Assembly (NCBI RefSeq): GCF_026210795.1
Contig: NC_089432.1
Location: 1,426,001 to 1,490,000 of the forward strand
Length of the DNA stretch: 64,000 nt
Reading direction: 5' to 3'
From: Rhizophagus irregularis
Taxonomy: Eukaryota
A program made the translations under genes and the position numbers. Under the pieces are notes generated by a model, which worked only from the letters and a program-made list of their open reading frames with translations, had not been told where the DNA came from and made no database searches. Every line of letters begins with the position of its first letter. Position 1 is the first letter of the stretch. Of the stretch, positions 63,944 to 64,000 are shown piece by piece.

Positions 63944-64000
63944 TCAGAGTATGAAATGGGCCATCACTATACCTATAATAGCAAAAACTATTATGCTACG
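63944..64000 (-). CDS. 3' end of a tandem paralog of the cupredoxin-like gene (truncated by the window edge)
   Basis: Encodes ..RSIIVFAIIGIVMAHFIL*, nearly identical to the C-terminus at 59018-59074. Confidence 0.8.
   Translation of the reverse strand, partial: RSIIVFAIIGIVMAHFIL

Noticed and set aside
1..64000. tRNA, rRNA or self-cleaving ribozyme genes
   Set aside because: No cloverleaf with A/B boxes, rRNA-like tract or complete hammerhead core recognised by eye; a tRNAscan-SE/Infernal run would be needed to exclude them.

Overview
Very AT-rich eukaryotic DNA with short (about 65-110 nt) GT-AG introns. The gene families present (TKL kinase/Sel1, Crinkler, FAR1/MULE, RNF213-like) strongly suggest an arbuscular mycorrhizal fungus (Glomeromycota, Rhizophagus-like); this is inferred from family content, not from a database hit. 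Main contents: (1) a giant RNF213/mysterin-like gene with at least 14 exons (>=5246 aa; CBM20-like domain, AAA+ ring, RZ finger with an altered Zn ligand, no recognisable RING); (2) a young Mutator-like transposon with about 1.1-1.3 kb terminal inverted repeats and a 9-bp TSD; (3) a 5-exon, about 1565-aa gene with an N-myristoylation motif and a degenerate GBP/atlastin-like GTPase module; (4) decaying TKL-kinase/Sel1 paralogs, Crinkler and zinc-ribbon endonuclease pseudogenes; (5) an intronless secreted Kex2/Ste13-type repeat-peptide precursor (KR-SP-AP sites; Tyr/Asp/His-rich repeats); (6) a tandem segmental duplication carrying a GPI-type cupredoxin-like gene and a 274-nt GC-rich segment identical between copies; (7) several MITEs, including one enclosing degenerate TTAGGG repeats. 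The best candidates for undescribed systems are the RNF213-like plus GBP-like putative cell-autonomous immunity pair and the repeat-peptide precursor. Exon boundaries were derived by hand from frame continuity and splice consensus; no searches were run.
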